Shown here in pieces: positions 24,733 through 34,526 of a stretch of DNA of 64,000 nucleotides. The notes beneath the pieces are model-generated. The model saw only the letters and a list, made by a program, of their open reading frames with translations, made no database searches and had not been told where the DNA came from. The first letter of the stretch is position 1, and each line of letters starts with the position of its first letter. The stretch is from a bacterium (GTDB lineage Bacteria > JADJOY01). Made by a program: the position numbers and the translations under genes. Location of the stretch: positions 1 through 64,000 of the forward strand of contig JAXLQJ010000038.1 of assembly GCA_046331705.1 (NCBI GenBank). Direction: 5' to 3'.

Positions 24733-27093
24733 TCAGGGCGCGTGGACCGCGACGGTCGCCCCGCTCTGAACGGCGTCCTCGGGCACGACGACGGGGATGC
24801 TCACGCCCTCCCCGGTGGTCAACGTCCACGACGTCGGCCGCACCGGCAGCCCGTCCGCCGCGCCGTACGGTAGGCGAATCGTGAAACCGCCGTCGACGTC
24901 TGCCGTCGCGACACGTTCGTCGACCCAGCTTCGCCCCAGGTTGGACGTGAGCGTCGTCTTGAGCGACAGCTTCGAGCCGGACGGGAAGCCCGTTCCCTCG
25001 ATCCGCGCACCCGCGACGCGCTCGAAGATCTTGGTGGGGGCCACGATTCGACCGAGCTGTGCGACGGGCCGTCCTGGTGCCTCGTAGACGAGCCGAAACT
25101 GCTCGAGCGGTACGTCGTCGCGCACGAGCGCCGCGCCGTCGCCGAAGAAGAGCCGGGCATAGACGAGGTCCGCGAACGGTCGCTCGAGCGCGAGGCGCCG
25201 CGCCGCGTCGGCGCGGAAGTAGGGCGCCAGACTTCCGGTCAAGAGCTCGTGCACCGTCGCGATGTCCGACACCAAGTCGCTCGCCACCACGTAACGAACG
25301 CGGCGTCGTTCCAGGATGGACAGCGCGTCCGCCTCGGAGCGGGCCAGGAAGAACGCGATCGAGTCGTCGAAGCCATAACCGTTGTTGTTCGCCACCACCG
25401 GGCGGCGACTCAGGTACTCGGCGTAGTTGCCGAGGTCCCAGAACGTCATCACGCCATAGGCCGGCTGGGCGTTCGGATCGGTGAACGAGCCGGGCTCGGG
25501 GCTGAGCTCGCCCAGCGCCAAGAGCGCGGCGCGCTGGTGCTCGGGCAGGTCGACGTAGCCCGCGTTGAAGTGCGAGAGGTAGCGCAGCCCCGGGGCCAGC
25601 AGCGCGACGGCGAGGATGGCCGCCGCGAGCGAAGTGACGCCGCGGGGCCAGCGGAGCCGCTCGCCGAGGTTCCACGTCTCGCCCAGCAGGTGGGCGATCA
25701 GCACGCACGCGAGCGACGAGGCGAGATAGACGTACTTCACTTGCGACAGCGCCATTCCCGCCACGCCGACCATCCACACCACGACCAGCCAGCGCGCCTC
25801 GAGCGGTGCCCCGCGCCGCCCACGCAGGAACCAGAGCGCCGTGAGCGGAGCCAGGAACAGGATCGGACCGACGTAGTCGAGCGCCCAGCGCGGATCGAGC
25901 TTCCCGTCGGGAAAGAGCAGCGGCGTGTATTCCTGGATGCTGCGGAGCCAGAGCGCGTTGTAGCTGAGCAGGTGATGGGAGCTGTCGCTCGAGGCGACCT
26001 CCGTGGTGGTCTTGTTGACGTGCCGCACGGCGTTCACGGTGATCGCGATCGTGCCGCCGAGCTTCGTGGGAACCAGCAGCGCGGCCACGACGGCGAGAAT
26101 CGCGAGCTGCGGGACCAGCGCGCGCACCCCCCGCGCGATGCCATCCCGAAGCGCGACCAGCGCGAGGGCGCCGCCGAGGAACCCGAACGCCAGCAGCAGG
26201 CTGAAGTGGGCCTGGAACCAGGAGAACGAGACGTAGGTGTTCTCGACCTCCATGCCCGCGAGCAGGTACGCGGTTCCCGCGGCCAGCGTCACGACGTGGA
26301 AGACGAGAAACCACGCGAAGTCCTGAGCCAGCGGCACGATCGGCTTCGCCGTCGCACGGGCCCGCCCCAAGAGAGCCAAGCCACCGAATCCGACGGCGAT
26401 GCACACGAACAGCAACGACCCCATCCAGACCAACACGGCGGACGTCGCCGTGATGCCGGCCAGGATCCGCGGACCCCAGCTCGCGCGCGGCGATCGCCGT
26501 TGCTCGATCTCGAACGACGCGAAGCCGAGCAGCGAGGCGTAGAGCAGCGCCGAGAGCAGGATCTCCGTGACGTGCTGATCGGGTCGACCGACGGCGGAGT
26601 AGAGGACGTGCGCCGGCTGGATCGCCATCAACGCCGCGGCGATCAAGCCCTCGCGCCGACCGAGCAATCGACGTCCGATCAGGTAGAGCGGGAAGACCGC
26701 CAGCGCGCCGAGGATCGCGGGGGCGATGGCGCCGACGGTCTCGACGAGCCGCGGACTCGGCTGTCGGCCGCCCAGCGCCAGGATCGCCGCGGCGATCACC
26801 GTGTCGTGCAACGGCGGCCACATCGTGACGCCGCCGAAGGGGTGGTTCTCGAAGGGATCGCGGATCGGTACGCGGGGGAAATGGTCGAGGCACATCCACA
26901 CGCGCCGCATGTGGTAGTACGAGTCCGAGTCGTAGAAGCGCACGCCGTCCGGCTGGAAGACCCAGCGAGCCGGCAGGAACCGAAACAGCAGCGCCCCCGC
27001 GAAGAGCGCGAGCAGGATCGGCCACACCGGCCGCGCCGTCGTTCCCACGGCGCTCGCGTCCGCGGGGGCGTGTCCGGTCGCGCTTGCCGTCAA
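24733..27093 (-). CDS. STT3/AglB-family oligosaccharyltransferase
   Basis: N-terminal DSDSYYHMRR, DQH (DxD-like), many TM helices, SIQE (TIxE/SVSE), FWDLG (WWDxG variant) plus RRPVVANN, C-terminal soluble domain. Confidence 0.85.
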   Translation of the reverse strand: MTASATGHAPADASAVGTTARPVWPILLALFAGALLFRFLPARWVFQPDGVRFYDSDSYYHMRRVWMCLDHFPRVPIRDPFENHPFGGVTMWPPLHDTVIAAAILALGGRQPSPRLVETVGAIAPAILGALAVFPLYLIGRRLLGRREGLIAAALMAIQPAHVLYSAVGRPDQHVTEILLSALLYASLLGFASFEIEQRRSPRASWGPRILAGITATSAVLVWMGSLLFVCIAVGFGGLALLGRARATAKPIVPLAQDFAWFLVFHVVTLAAGTAYLLAGMEVENTYVSFSWFQAHFSLLLAFGFLGGALALVALRDGIARGVRALVPQLAILAVVAALLVPTKLGGTIAITVNAVRHVNKTTTEVASSDSSHHLLSYNALWLRSIQEYTPLLFPDGKLDPRWALDYVGPILFLAPLTALWFLRGRRGAPLEARWLVVVWMVGVAGMALSQVKYVYLASSLACVLIAHLLGETWNLGERLRWPRGVTSLAAAILAVALLAPGLRYLSHFNAGYVDLPEHQRAALLALGELSPEPGSFTDPNAQPAYGVMTFWDLGNYAEYLSRRPVVANNNGYGFDDSIAFFLARSEADALSILERRRVRYVVASDLVSDIATVHELLTGSLAPYFRADAARRLALERPFADLVYARLFFGDGAALVRDDVPLEQFRLVYEAPGRPVAQLGRIVAPTKIFERVAGARIEGTGFPSGSKLSLKTTLTSNLGRSWVDERVATADVDGGFTIRLPYGAADGLPVRPTSWTLTTGEGVSIPVVVPEDAVQSGATVAVHAP

Positions 27094-27153
27094 GGTGCGC
27101 CGACCGCTCGCATCGGCGAGGTGGCTAGTCGCGCGAGCGTCCGCATTCCCGCG

Positions 27154-28101
27154 TCATCGCTGGATGCCCCAGCCGCCCTCTTCGAGGCTCAGGCTCAGGT
27201 AGCGTTCGCCGGAGTCGGGCACGACCGTGACGATGGTCTTGCCGCGCAGCTCGGCGCGCGCGCCCAGCTCGAGCGCTGCCCAGACGTTGGCGCCGGCGCT
27301 GATCCCGCCGAGGATCCCTTCCTCGCGCGCCAGGCGAGCGGTCATCGCGTAGGCGTCCTCGTCCCCCACGGTGATGATCTCGTCCAGGATGCTCCGGTCG
27401 AGGACGTCGGGCACGAAGCCGGCGCCGATCCCCTGGATCCCGTGCGGACCCGGACGGCCACCGGAGAGCACCGGCGAGTCGGCGGGCTCGACGCCCACCG
27501 TGAGCAGGCCGGGCTTGCGCTCCTTCAGGACCTGGCTCACGCCGGTGATCGTTCCGCCGGTGCCGACGCCGGTGACGAAGACGTCGACGGCGCCGTCCGT
27601 GTCGGCCCAGATCTCCTCGGCGGTCGTGCACCGGTGGATGGCGGGATTGGCGGGGTTCTGGAACTGTTGGGGGATGAAGCTCTCGGCAGTCTTGGCGGCG
27701 AGCTCGCGGGCGCGCTGGATCGCTCCGCGCATCCCTTCGATGCCGGGCGTGAGCTCGAGCTCGGCGCCGAAGCGGGAGAGCAAGGTGCGGCGCTCGACGC
27801 TCAGGTTGTCGGGCATCGTGAGGATGAGCCGGTAGCCGCGTGCGGCACACACGAAGGCGAGCGCGATACCGGTGTTGCCGCTGGTGGGCTCGATGATCGT
27901 CGACCGCCCGCGCGTGATGAGGCCCTCACGCTCCGCGGCGTCGATCATGTTGACGCCGATGCGATCCTTGACGCTGCCGAGCGGATTGAAGAACTCGAGC
28001 TTGGCGAGCACCGTCGCACCCAGGTCGCGGGTCACGTGGTTGAGCCGCACCAGCGGCGTGCGCCCGATCGTCTGGGTGATGTCGGAGAAGATGCGCGCCA
28101 T
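27154..28101 (-). CDS. cysK: cysteine synthase A (O-acetylserine sulfhydrylase)
   Basis: [73 protein letters not shown]. Confidence 0.95.
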   Translation of the reverse strand: MARIFSDITQTIGRTPLVRLNHVTRDLGATVLAKLEFFNPLGSVKDRIGVNMIDAAEREGLITRGRSTIIEPTSGNTGIALAFVCAARGYRLILTMPDNLSVERRTLLSRFGAELELTPGIEGMRGAIQRARELAAKTAESFIPQQFQNPANPAIHRCTTAEEIWADTDGAVDVFVTGVGTGGTITGVSQVLKERKPGLLTVGVEPADSPVLSGGRPGPHGIQGIGAGFVPDVLDRSILDEIITVGDEDAYAMTARLAREEGILGGISAGANVWAALELGARAELRGKTIVTVVPDSGERYLSLSLEEGGWGIQR

Positions 28102-28131
28102 GGCTTCGGTCGAGGGGGCGGGTCGCGCGCG

Positions 28132-28161
28132 AGAATACAGTGGGATCCGCGCGCGAGCCAA
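28132..28161 (-). promoter_or_regulatory. putative cysK promoter
   Basis: Minus strand TTGGCT-N18-TATTCT. Confidence 0.35.
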
Positions 28162-28336
28162 GGACGGCCGCGGCTTCGGCGAGCCTCAGGATCGACCTGG
28201 TTTCCAGCGAGTTTCGCGCGGAGATCCACTTGACGTGGTCGTCACGACACGGTTACCCCTTGGCTGAGACCGTCTTTGGTTCCGGCGCGGCGAGCGCCGG
28301 AGCCCGTTCTTCGTAGCCGAGAGGAGCACCGAGCCC

Positions 28337-28615
28337 ATGGGCGTGACCGTCCGCATTCCGACCCCGCTTCGCAAGTACACCGGCGGCCAAGAGCAAGTCG
28401 ACATCGAGGCGCAGAACATCCGCAGCCTCATCGACGTGCTGGAGGCGGCACATCCCGGGATCCGCGAGCGCCTCTGCGACGCCGACGGCAAGGTGCGACG
28501 CTTCGTCAACATCTTCGTGAACGGCGAGGACATCCGCTTCCAGTCCAGCCTCGATACCGCGCTCAAGAGCGGCGACGACGTGTCGATCGTGCCGGCGATC
28601 GCCGGAGGAGCCTGA
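28337..28615 (+). CDS. MoaD/ThiS-family sulfur carrier protein (CysO-like)
   Basis: VRIPTPLRKYTGG, RRFVNIFVNGEDIRF, VSIVPAIAGGA; GAGGAG RBS. Confidence 0.92.
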   Translation: MGVTVRIPTPLRKYTGGQEQVDIEAQNIRSLIDVLEAAHPGIRERLCDADGKVRRFVNIFVNGEDIRFQSSLDTALKSGDDVSIVPAIAGGA

Positions 28616-28664
28616 GCGAGGCGCACGTCGCCGACGCACGCCCGGTTCCCGCTGGACGCCCCGC

Positions 28665-29648
28665 ATGACACGGCACCTCGCCGACGAGAGCCCGGCGCGG
28701 GCCGCAGCGCTGCAAGCCCCGCTCGTTGCACCCCATCCGACGCCGGATCGGCCGTCGCCGCTCCACCTGGTCGGCAACACGCCGCTGATCCGCATCGCGC
28801 GGATTCCCGGCATCCCGCCCGGTGTCGAGATCTACGCCAAGGCCGAGTGGCACAATCCCGGCGGGTCCGTGAAGGATCGGCCCGCGCTCAGGATGATCGA
28901 GGAAGCGGAGCGCTCGGGCGCGCTCACGCGCGACAAGGTGATCCTCGACGCCACGTCGGGCAACACCGGCATCGCCTACGCGATGATCGCCGCCGTCAAG
29001 GGATATCGGCTGGAGCTCTGCGTTCCCGAGAACTGCAGCGACGAGCGCAAGAAGATCCTCGCCGCGTACGGCGCGATCGTGCACTACACGAGCGGGCTCG
29101 AAGGCTCGGACGGAGCGATCCGCGAGGCCCGTCGCCGGCTGCAAGCCGATCCCGAGCGCTACTACCTGCCGGATCAATACAACAACCCGGCGAATTGGTG
29201 GGCGCACCGCGACACCACCGGCCCCGAGATCCATTGCCAGACCAACGGCCGCATCACGCACTTCATCGCGGCGCTGGGCACCAGCGGCACCGTGATGGGC
29301 GTGGGGCGCTACCTCAAGTCGGTGAGCGCCGACATTCAGGTCTGGGCGCTCGAGCCCGAACCGTTCCACGGCATCGAGGGGCTCAAGAACATGGACGTGG
29401 CGATCGTGCCAGGCATCTACGACCCGGCTTGGCTCGACGGCAAGCTCACGGCGGAGACCGAGCCCGCGTACCGCGCCGTCCGCGAGCTGGCGAAACGTGA
29501 GGGCTTGATCGTCGGCCAGTCCGCAGGGGCGGCGATCACCGGCGCGATCGAGCTGGCGCAGCGAGTCGAGTCCGGCGTGATCGTGACCATCTTTCCGGAT
29601 GGCGGCGAGAAGTATCTCACCACACCGGTGTGGGACGTCGACGCATGA
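28665..29648 (+). CDS. cysM: PLP-dependent cysteine synthase, CysM-type (probably sulfur-carrier dependent)
   Basis: [44 protein letters not shown]; lies between sulfur carrier and JAB peptidase genes. Confidence 0.8.
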   Translation: MTRHLADESPARAAALQAPLVAPHPTPDRPSPLHLVGNTPLIRIARIPGIPPGVEIYAKAEWHNPGGSVKDRPALRMIEEAERSGALTRDKVILDATSGNTGIAYAMIAAVKGYRLELCVPENCSDERKKILAAYGAIVHYTSGLEGSDGAIREARRRLQADPERYYLPDQYNNPANWWAHRDTTGPEIHCQTNGRITHFIAALGTSGTVMGVGRYLKSVSADIQVWALEPEPFHGIEGLKNMDVAIVPGIYDPAWLDGKLTAETEPAYRAVRELAKREGLIVGQSAGAAITGAIELAQRVESGVIVTIFPDGGEKYLTTPVWDVDA

Positions 29649-30403
29649 CGGCCGGCGCGGTCCAGCTCGAGCCCGCGCACGTCGCGGCGATGTGCGCCCA
29701 TGCCTCGCGCGACTACCCGAACGAGTGCTGCGGACTCCTGTTCGGACCCGCGGGCCAGACCGGGATGGTCAGCGAGGTCGTGGCGATTCCCAACATCCAG
29801 GATCGGCTGCACGCCGAAGACCCCGACCAATATCCCCGCGCGGCGTCGATCGCGTATTTCATGGATCCCGATGCACAGCTTGCGGCGACTCGATCGGCGG
29901 CCGCGCGTGGGCTCGAGCTGCGCGGCTTCTACCACTCGCATCCCGACCACGACGCCTACTTCTCCGCCGAGGATCGTCATCTCGCGGCGCCGTGGGACGA
30001 GCCGCTCTTCCCCGGCACCGCGTACGTCGTGATGGCGGTGACCCGCACGGGTGTTCGTGCGGCGAGCCAGTTCGTCTGGGATGGGGAACGCGGCGATTAC
30101 GTCGAGCACGCGCTCCGTCTCGCCGAGCCCGCCGACGAGCGCTGGCCGAGCGAGCGAATGGAGACGAGGAACACCACCGTCCAGTGCATCGACGTGGGCG
30201 GACGCTCGCCAGCGGAGGCGCTGATCGCGGCGCGCGACGCGCTGCGCTTGCTGCCGCGCGACGCGCTCCTCGAGATCGCGAGCGACGACCGCCAGACCGC
30301 GGAAACGACCCTCGGCGCGTATTTCGAGAAGCGTCGCTTGGAGTACGAGCTCGAGCGCCTCGCCGAAGGCCGCTACCGGATCCGCGTGCGCAACGGCGCT
30401 TGA
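29645..30403 (+). CDS. Mec+/JAB (MPN+) metallopeptidase fused to a C-terminal TusA/SirA-like domain
   Basis: YPNECCGLL and YHSHPDHDAYFSAED JAMM motif; C-terminal about 80 aa IDVGGRSP...LLEIASDD...YRIRVR; ATGA overlap with cysM. Confidence 0.82.
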   Translation: MTAGAVQLEPAHVAAMCAHASRDYPNECCGLLFGPAGQTGMVSEVVAIPNIQDRLHAEDPDQYPRAASIAYFMDPDAQLAATRSAAARGLELRGFYHSHPDHDAYFSAEDRHLAAPWDEPLFPGTAYVVMAVTRTGVRAASQFVWDGERGDYVEHALRLAEPADERWPSERMETRNTTVQCIDVGGRSPAEALIAARDALRLLPRDALLEIASDDRQTAETTLGAYFEKRRLEYELERLAEGRYRIRVRNGA

Positions 30404-30452
30404 TCGGGCGTTGCCGCGAGGCGGTGGCGGCGGTCTCGGGGGCGTCGTCCGG

Positions 30453-31565
30453 TCATTCGCCGGGCGCCGTGGCGTTGCCACAACCGTCGACGAGCGCTTG
30501 CGCGATGCCGGCCTCTCGGCGTTCCCGCGCCTCCTCGGGAAGCGCCACGTTGCCGCCCTGGCGAAACCGCGCCAGCCAGCAGAGTCGCTCTTCGATTCGC
30601 GCCCGCATCGCGCCGCGCGTCGCCGCGCGCGCGCTGGCGAGCGTGTAGAGCGCGTCCTCGATCGCCGGGCCGAGCCCGGGGCTGCGCGCCTCCACGTCGC
30701 TTCGGATCGCGGTGTCACCGGCGAGGAGCAGGCTCGCGGTGCGGAGCGGCTCGGGGCGCTCGCGCACCGCCACGCCGAACGGCGATCCCTCGAGTGGGGG
30801 CTCGGCCACCGCGACGAATCGGATGGCCCCGTCCAGGAGCCGCGGATCGGTGATCGTGGCGAGAACCTCGAGCGCGGTGCGCAGCCGAGCCGGGTCACCC
30901 GAGAGCGCCAAGCTCTTGATCGCCGCGAGCCGCACGTTGCGGTCGTCCGCTTCGTCGCGTGCCACGTGCTCGAGCGCCTCGGTCGCCCGCGGTGCGGACG
31001 ACCCGACCAGCGCCATCGCGAAGTCCTTGCGCTCCAGGATCTTGCCGTTCGTGTCGAGGAGCCCGTCGATCACCGTGGCCTCGGCGCTCTTCTGGCCGAG
31101 CGCGACCAACGCGACCAGCGCCCATTTGCGGTCCTGCTCCCTGAGCAGACCGGCGAGCCGCGGATCCTCGTAGGCGATCTCGCCGCGGGCCGCGCGCTCG
31201 AGGAACGGAATCGCGCGGGGATCGCCGATCCGGGCGAGCGATTGATACGCGAGCTCCGCGCCCGAGGAAGGGGCGCGCTCGATGAAGGCCGCCAGATCGC
31301 CAACGGCCGAACGCGCTCCGAGCTCGCCCAGGCGATGCGCCGCCTGTGCCGCACGCTGCTCGTCGCTGAAACGCAGCGCCGCGCGCTCGCGTAGGATCGT
31401 GGCCGTGGGCGATCGGCCCCGCGCGACGAACGCCGCGAAGCAAGCGGCCGCCGCGGCCACCGCGAGCACGGCCCACGGCCAGCGGCGCGCTGGCGCGGAC
31501 CTGGGCGGCGAGCCGCCCGAGTTGCCGCCGCGTGGCGGCGGCTCCGCGCCGCCGGTCGCCGTCAA
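30453..31565 (-). CDS. membrane-anchored HEAT-repeat protein
   Basis: N-terminal TM; repeats AAHRLGELG..AV..L, SLARIGDPRAIPFL, VRLAAIKSLA; abuts the ctpA stop. Confidence 0.65.
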   Translation of the reverse strand: MTATGGAEPPPRGGNSGGSPPRSAPARRWPWAVLAVAAAAACFAAFVARGRSPTATILRERAALRFSDEQRAAQAAHRLGELGARSAVGDLAAFIERAPSSGAELAYQSLARIGDPRAIPFLERAARGEIAYEDPRLAGLLREQDRKWALVALVALGQKSAEATVIDGLLDTNGKILERKDFAMALVGSSAPRATEALEHVARDEADDRNVRLAAIKSLALSGDPARLRTALEVLATITDPRLLDGAIRFVAVAEPPLEGSPFGVAVRERPEPLRTASLLLAGDTAIRSDVEARSPGLGPAIEDALYTLASARAATRGAMRARIEERLCWLARFRQGGNVALPEEARERREAGIAQALVDGCGNATAPGE

Positions 31566-32990
31566 TCAGGCCGCCAGCTTGGGCATCGAGAACTGGTCGG
31601 GGTGCTTGAGGTACTCGAGGGCGCGGTCGAGCTGATGGTCGACCTTGTCGCGCTCGGCCGCTTGGGCCGGCGCGCCATCCTTCGGTGCCGTCTCGCTGCC
31701 ACCGCCGTCGTCCTCGGTGCCGTCCGCGGGCGCTTGCTCGTCGTCGGCGGGCGGCTCCGCCGAGGGCTTCTTCGGCTGGGGGCGCTTCGCGACCGGCGGC
31801 GCCTTGCGAGGCTTGCCGGCGCCGTTGGTCAGGTGCCCGCTCAGATCTTCCTCGCGGATGGCCTGCTCGGAATCGTCGCTGCCGATGGTGCCGTCGGCGC
31901 GCACCACCACGTCCGGCTCGATGCCGTGTCCCTGGATCGATCGGCCGCTCGGGGTGTAGTAGAGCGCCGTGGTGAGGCGGAGCCCGGAGTCGTCGGGAAG
32001 CTGGACCAGCGTCTGAACCGAGCCCTTGCCGAACGAACGCAGACCCATGATCGTCGCGCGGTGATGATCCTGGAGCGCGCCGGCCACGATCTCACTCGCG
32101 CTGGCGCTGCCCTCGTTGACCAACACCACCATGGGGAAGTCGGTGCGCGAGCCGTCGCCCTCGGCGGTGAACCGCGGCTGCTGCTCCTGCACGCGTCCGG
32201 CGGTGTAGACGATGAGATCCCCGCGCTCCAGGAACTTGTCCGCCACCGCCACGGCCTGATCCAGCAGCCCGCCGGGATTGTTTCGAAGGTCCAGCACCAG
32301 TCCGCTCAGCTTCTGGCTCTTCTCGAGCCCGTCGATCGCGTCGGCCAGCTCCTCGTCCGTCGAGCCCAGGAACTGGCTGATGCGGAGGTAGCCGTAACCG
32401 GGCTCGAGGGAACGCGCCCGGACGCTCTTGATGTGGATGACGGCGCGCTTGAGGGTGAAGTCCTTCGGCTCGTTCCAGCCCTCGCGCGCGATGGCGATCG
32501 TGACCTCGGAGCCCGGCTTGCCGCGCATGCGCTTCACGGCCTCGTTCAGGTTCATGCGCTTGGTCGACTCGCCGTTGATCTTCACGATCTGATCGCCGGC
32601 CTGGATCCCGGCCAAGGCCGCGGGGGTGTCGTCGATCGGCGAGACGATCGTCAGCACGCCTTCCTTGAGCGTGATCTCGATCCCGAGGCCGCCGAACTCG
32701 CCTTTCACCTCGGTGTTCATCTCCTTGTAGAACTCGGGCGGCATGAAGCTCGAGTGTGGATCGAGGGTCTGGAGCATCCCGTTGATCGCGCCGTAGACGA
32801 GCTGCTCGGGATCGACCTCCTCGACGTACTGGCGCTGCACGAGCTCGAGCACCTTGGTGAACACCTTGAGCTTGTCGTAGGTGTCCGCCGCCCGCGCCGT
32901 GGCGCGAAGATCCAAGCCCAGCGTCAGCAGCCCGGCCACCGCGATGCTCGCGATCGCCGCCCAGATCCACCTCGAGATGCCTCGCTTCAT
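31566..32990 (-). CDS. ctpA: carboxyl-terminal processing protease (S41)
   Basis: LDPHSSF, PDZ FGGLGIEI, LDLRNNPGGLL, SASASEIVAGALQD, SFGKGSVQ; GAGGAG RBS. Confidence 0.93.
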   Translation of the reverse strand: MKRGISRWIWAAIASIAVAGLLTLGLDLRATARAADTYDKLKVFTKVLELVQRQYVEEVDPEQLVYGAINGMLQTLDPHSSFMPPEFYKEMNTEVKGEFGGLGIEITLKEGVLTIVSPIDDTPAALAGIQAGDQIVKINGESTKRMNLNEAVKRMRGKPGSEVTIAIAREGWNEPKDFTLKRAVIHIKSVRARSLEPGYGYLRISQFLGSTDEELADAIDGLEKSQKLSGLVLDLRNNPGGLLDQAVAVADKFLERGDLIVYTAGRVQEQQPRFTAEGDGSRTDFPMVVLVNEGSASASEIVAGALQDHHRATIMGLRSFGKGSVQTLVQLPDDSGLRLTTALYYTPSGRSIQGHGIEPDVVVRADGTIGSDDSEQAIREEDLSGHLTNGAGKPRKAPPVAKRPQPKKPSAEPPADDEQAPADGTEDDGGGSETAPKDGAPAQAAERDKVDHQLDRALEYLKHPDQFSMPKLAA

Positions 32991-33182
32991 GTCACTCCTC
33001 GACGGCCCGACCGCTCCGGGGCCCTCACGACAGGAACCGTGCGCCAACGGCGCGAAGCCCCGCTTCGAACGCGCGTCGCCACGATGGCGCGCGTCACCCG
33101 TGCACGGGGACCAGTTTGCTCGACCGATGTCACTTCGCGAAATCGCCGCTCGACCACCGCGCCGCGAATCGATCGCCCGTCC

Positions 33183-33572
33183 TCACTCGCCCAGCTCGAG
33201 CTCGTCGGCGACCCAGTCGGTGATGCAGTCGTCGATCTCGTGCGAGCTGGCCACGCCGCGCGGGTCTTCGCCGAGCACGAACACCGTCGTGGGCGGGTGC
33301 TCGGGGCGGGTTTCCGCATGATAGAGGCCCGAGCGGAGGTGGCGCACCATGACGGCGTGCTGCTCCTCCATCAGCCGTTGGATCGTGGCGCGGGGATCCT
33401 CGGTGCCAGCCGCCGGCGGCAGCTCGGCGTAGCTGGTCTTCTTGGAGGCGATGATCGTGCCGCCGATGTAGATGTGGGTCGTCACCAGCCGAACCGGCAG
33501 GCCGCTGTCCTCGGTCTGGACGTGGTAGTCGCGTCCGCCGAGCCTGACGTTCTGGTTGAACCCGGGAATCAT
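33183..33572 (-). CDS. conserved hypothetical protein
   Basis: GFNQNV...YHVQTEDSG...THIYIGGTIIASKKTSY...LMEEQH resembles, from memory, a small uncharacterised myxobacterial family. Confidence 0.75.
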   Translation of the reverse strand: MIPGFNQNVRLGGRDYHVQTEDSGLPVRLVTTHIYIGGTIIASKKTSYAELPPAAGTEDPRATIQRLMEEQHAVMVRHLRSGLYHAETRPEHPPTTVFVLGEDPRGVASSHEIDDCITDWVADELELGE

Positions 33573-33645
33573 CGCGTGATCGAAGGAGGGAGCGCCGAGG
33601 TTCCCGGCGCCTGGAAGGACCGTCTAACACCGCCCCTCGGCCCCT

Positions 33646-34509
33646 TCAAGAAACCCGGGCATGGCGCGCTCCGTCCGCCGGCTCCGCCAGCTCGAGACGG
33701 TGCTCGAGCTCGATGGACTCGACGTCTTGGATGGCCTCGCCCAGGAGCCGCGTTCCGACCCGGATGAACGTGAGCCGATCGTCGGTGACCAGGAACTTGC
33801 AGGGACGATCGGGCGGAAGTCGGCGCGCGAGACGCAGCGCGCGGACGGATCGGGCGACCTCCGCCGCCGTCTCGGCCGCGGAGTCGACCAGCCGCACCTC
33901 TGGGCCCATGGTCGCCGCGATCGCGGCCTTGAGAAGCGGGTAATGGGTGCAGCCGAGAATGAGGGTGTCGACGTGGGCGACTCGCAGGTCCGCCAGGTAC
34001 TGCTCGCACACGCTTCGCGCCACGTCCGTCTCTTCCCACCCCTCCTCGGCGAGCGGCACGAGCAGCGGGCACGCGCGTGCATGCACCTCGACGCCTGGGT
34101 CGAGCGCCTCGAGGGTCCGTGCGTAGGCGCCGGACTCGATGGTGCTGCGGGTGCCGATGACTCCCACTCGATGCGCCTGGGTCACCGCGATGGCCGCACG
34201 CGCGCCCGCCTCCACCACGCCGAACACGGGAAACCGATCCAGCGCGACGAGGTCCGCCTGCGCCAGCGACGAGGCCGTGTTGCACGCGACGACGAGCGCC
34301 TTGATCCCGCGCGACGAGAGCTCGTCGGCGGCCTCGAGCGCGTAGCGACGCACGGTGGCGGGTGACTTGGTCCCGTACGGCACCCGCGCCGTGTCGCCGA
34401 GATAGAGAAACGCCTCGCCCGGCAGCGCGCGGCGGAGCGCGCGCAGCACCGTGAGGCCTCCGATCCCGGAGTCGAACACGCCGATCGGCAGATCACGCAC
34501 GTCGCGCAT
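33646..34509 (-). CDS. murI: glutamate racemase
   Basis: IGVFDSGIGGLTV, DTARVPYG, VVACNTAS, LILGCTHYP. Confidence 0.96.
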   Translation of the reverse strand: MRDVRDLPIGVFDSGIGGLTVLRALRRALPGEAFLYLGDTARVPYGTKSPATVRRYALEAADELSSRGIKALVVACNTASSLAQADLVALDRFPVFGVVEAGARAAIAVTQAHRVGVIGTRSTIESGAYARTLEALDPGVEVHARACPLLVPLAEEGWEETDVARSVCEQYLADLRVAHVDTLILGCTHYPLLKAAIAATMGPEVRLVDSAAETAAEVARSVRALRLARRLPPDRPCKFLVTDDRLTFIRVGTRLLGEAIQDVESIELEHRLELAEPADGARHARVS

Positions 34510-34526
34510 GAGTGGAACGCTCGCCG

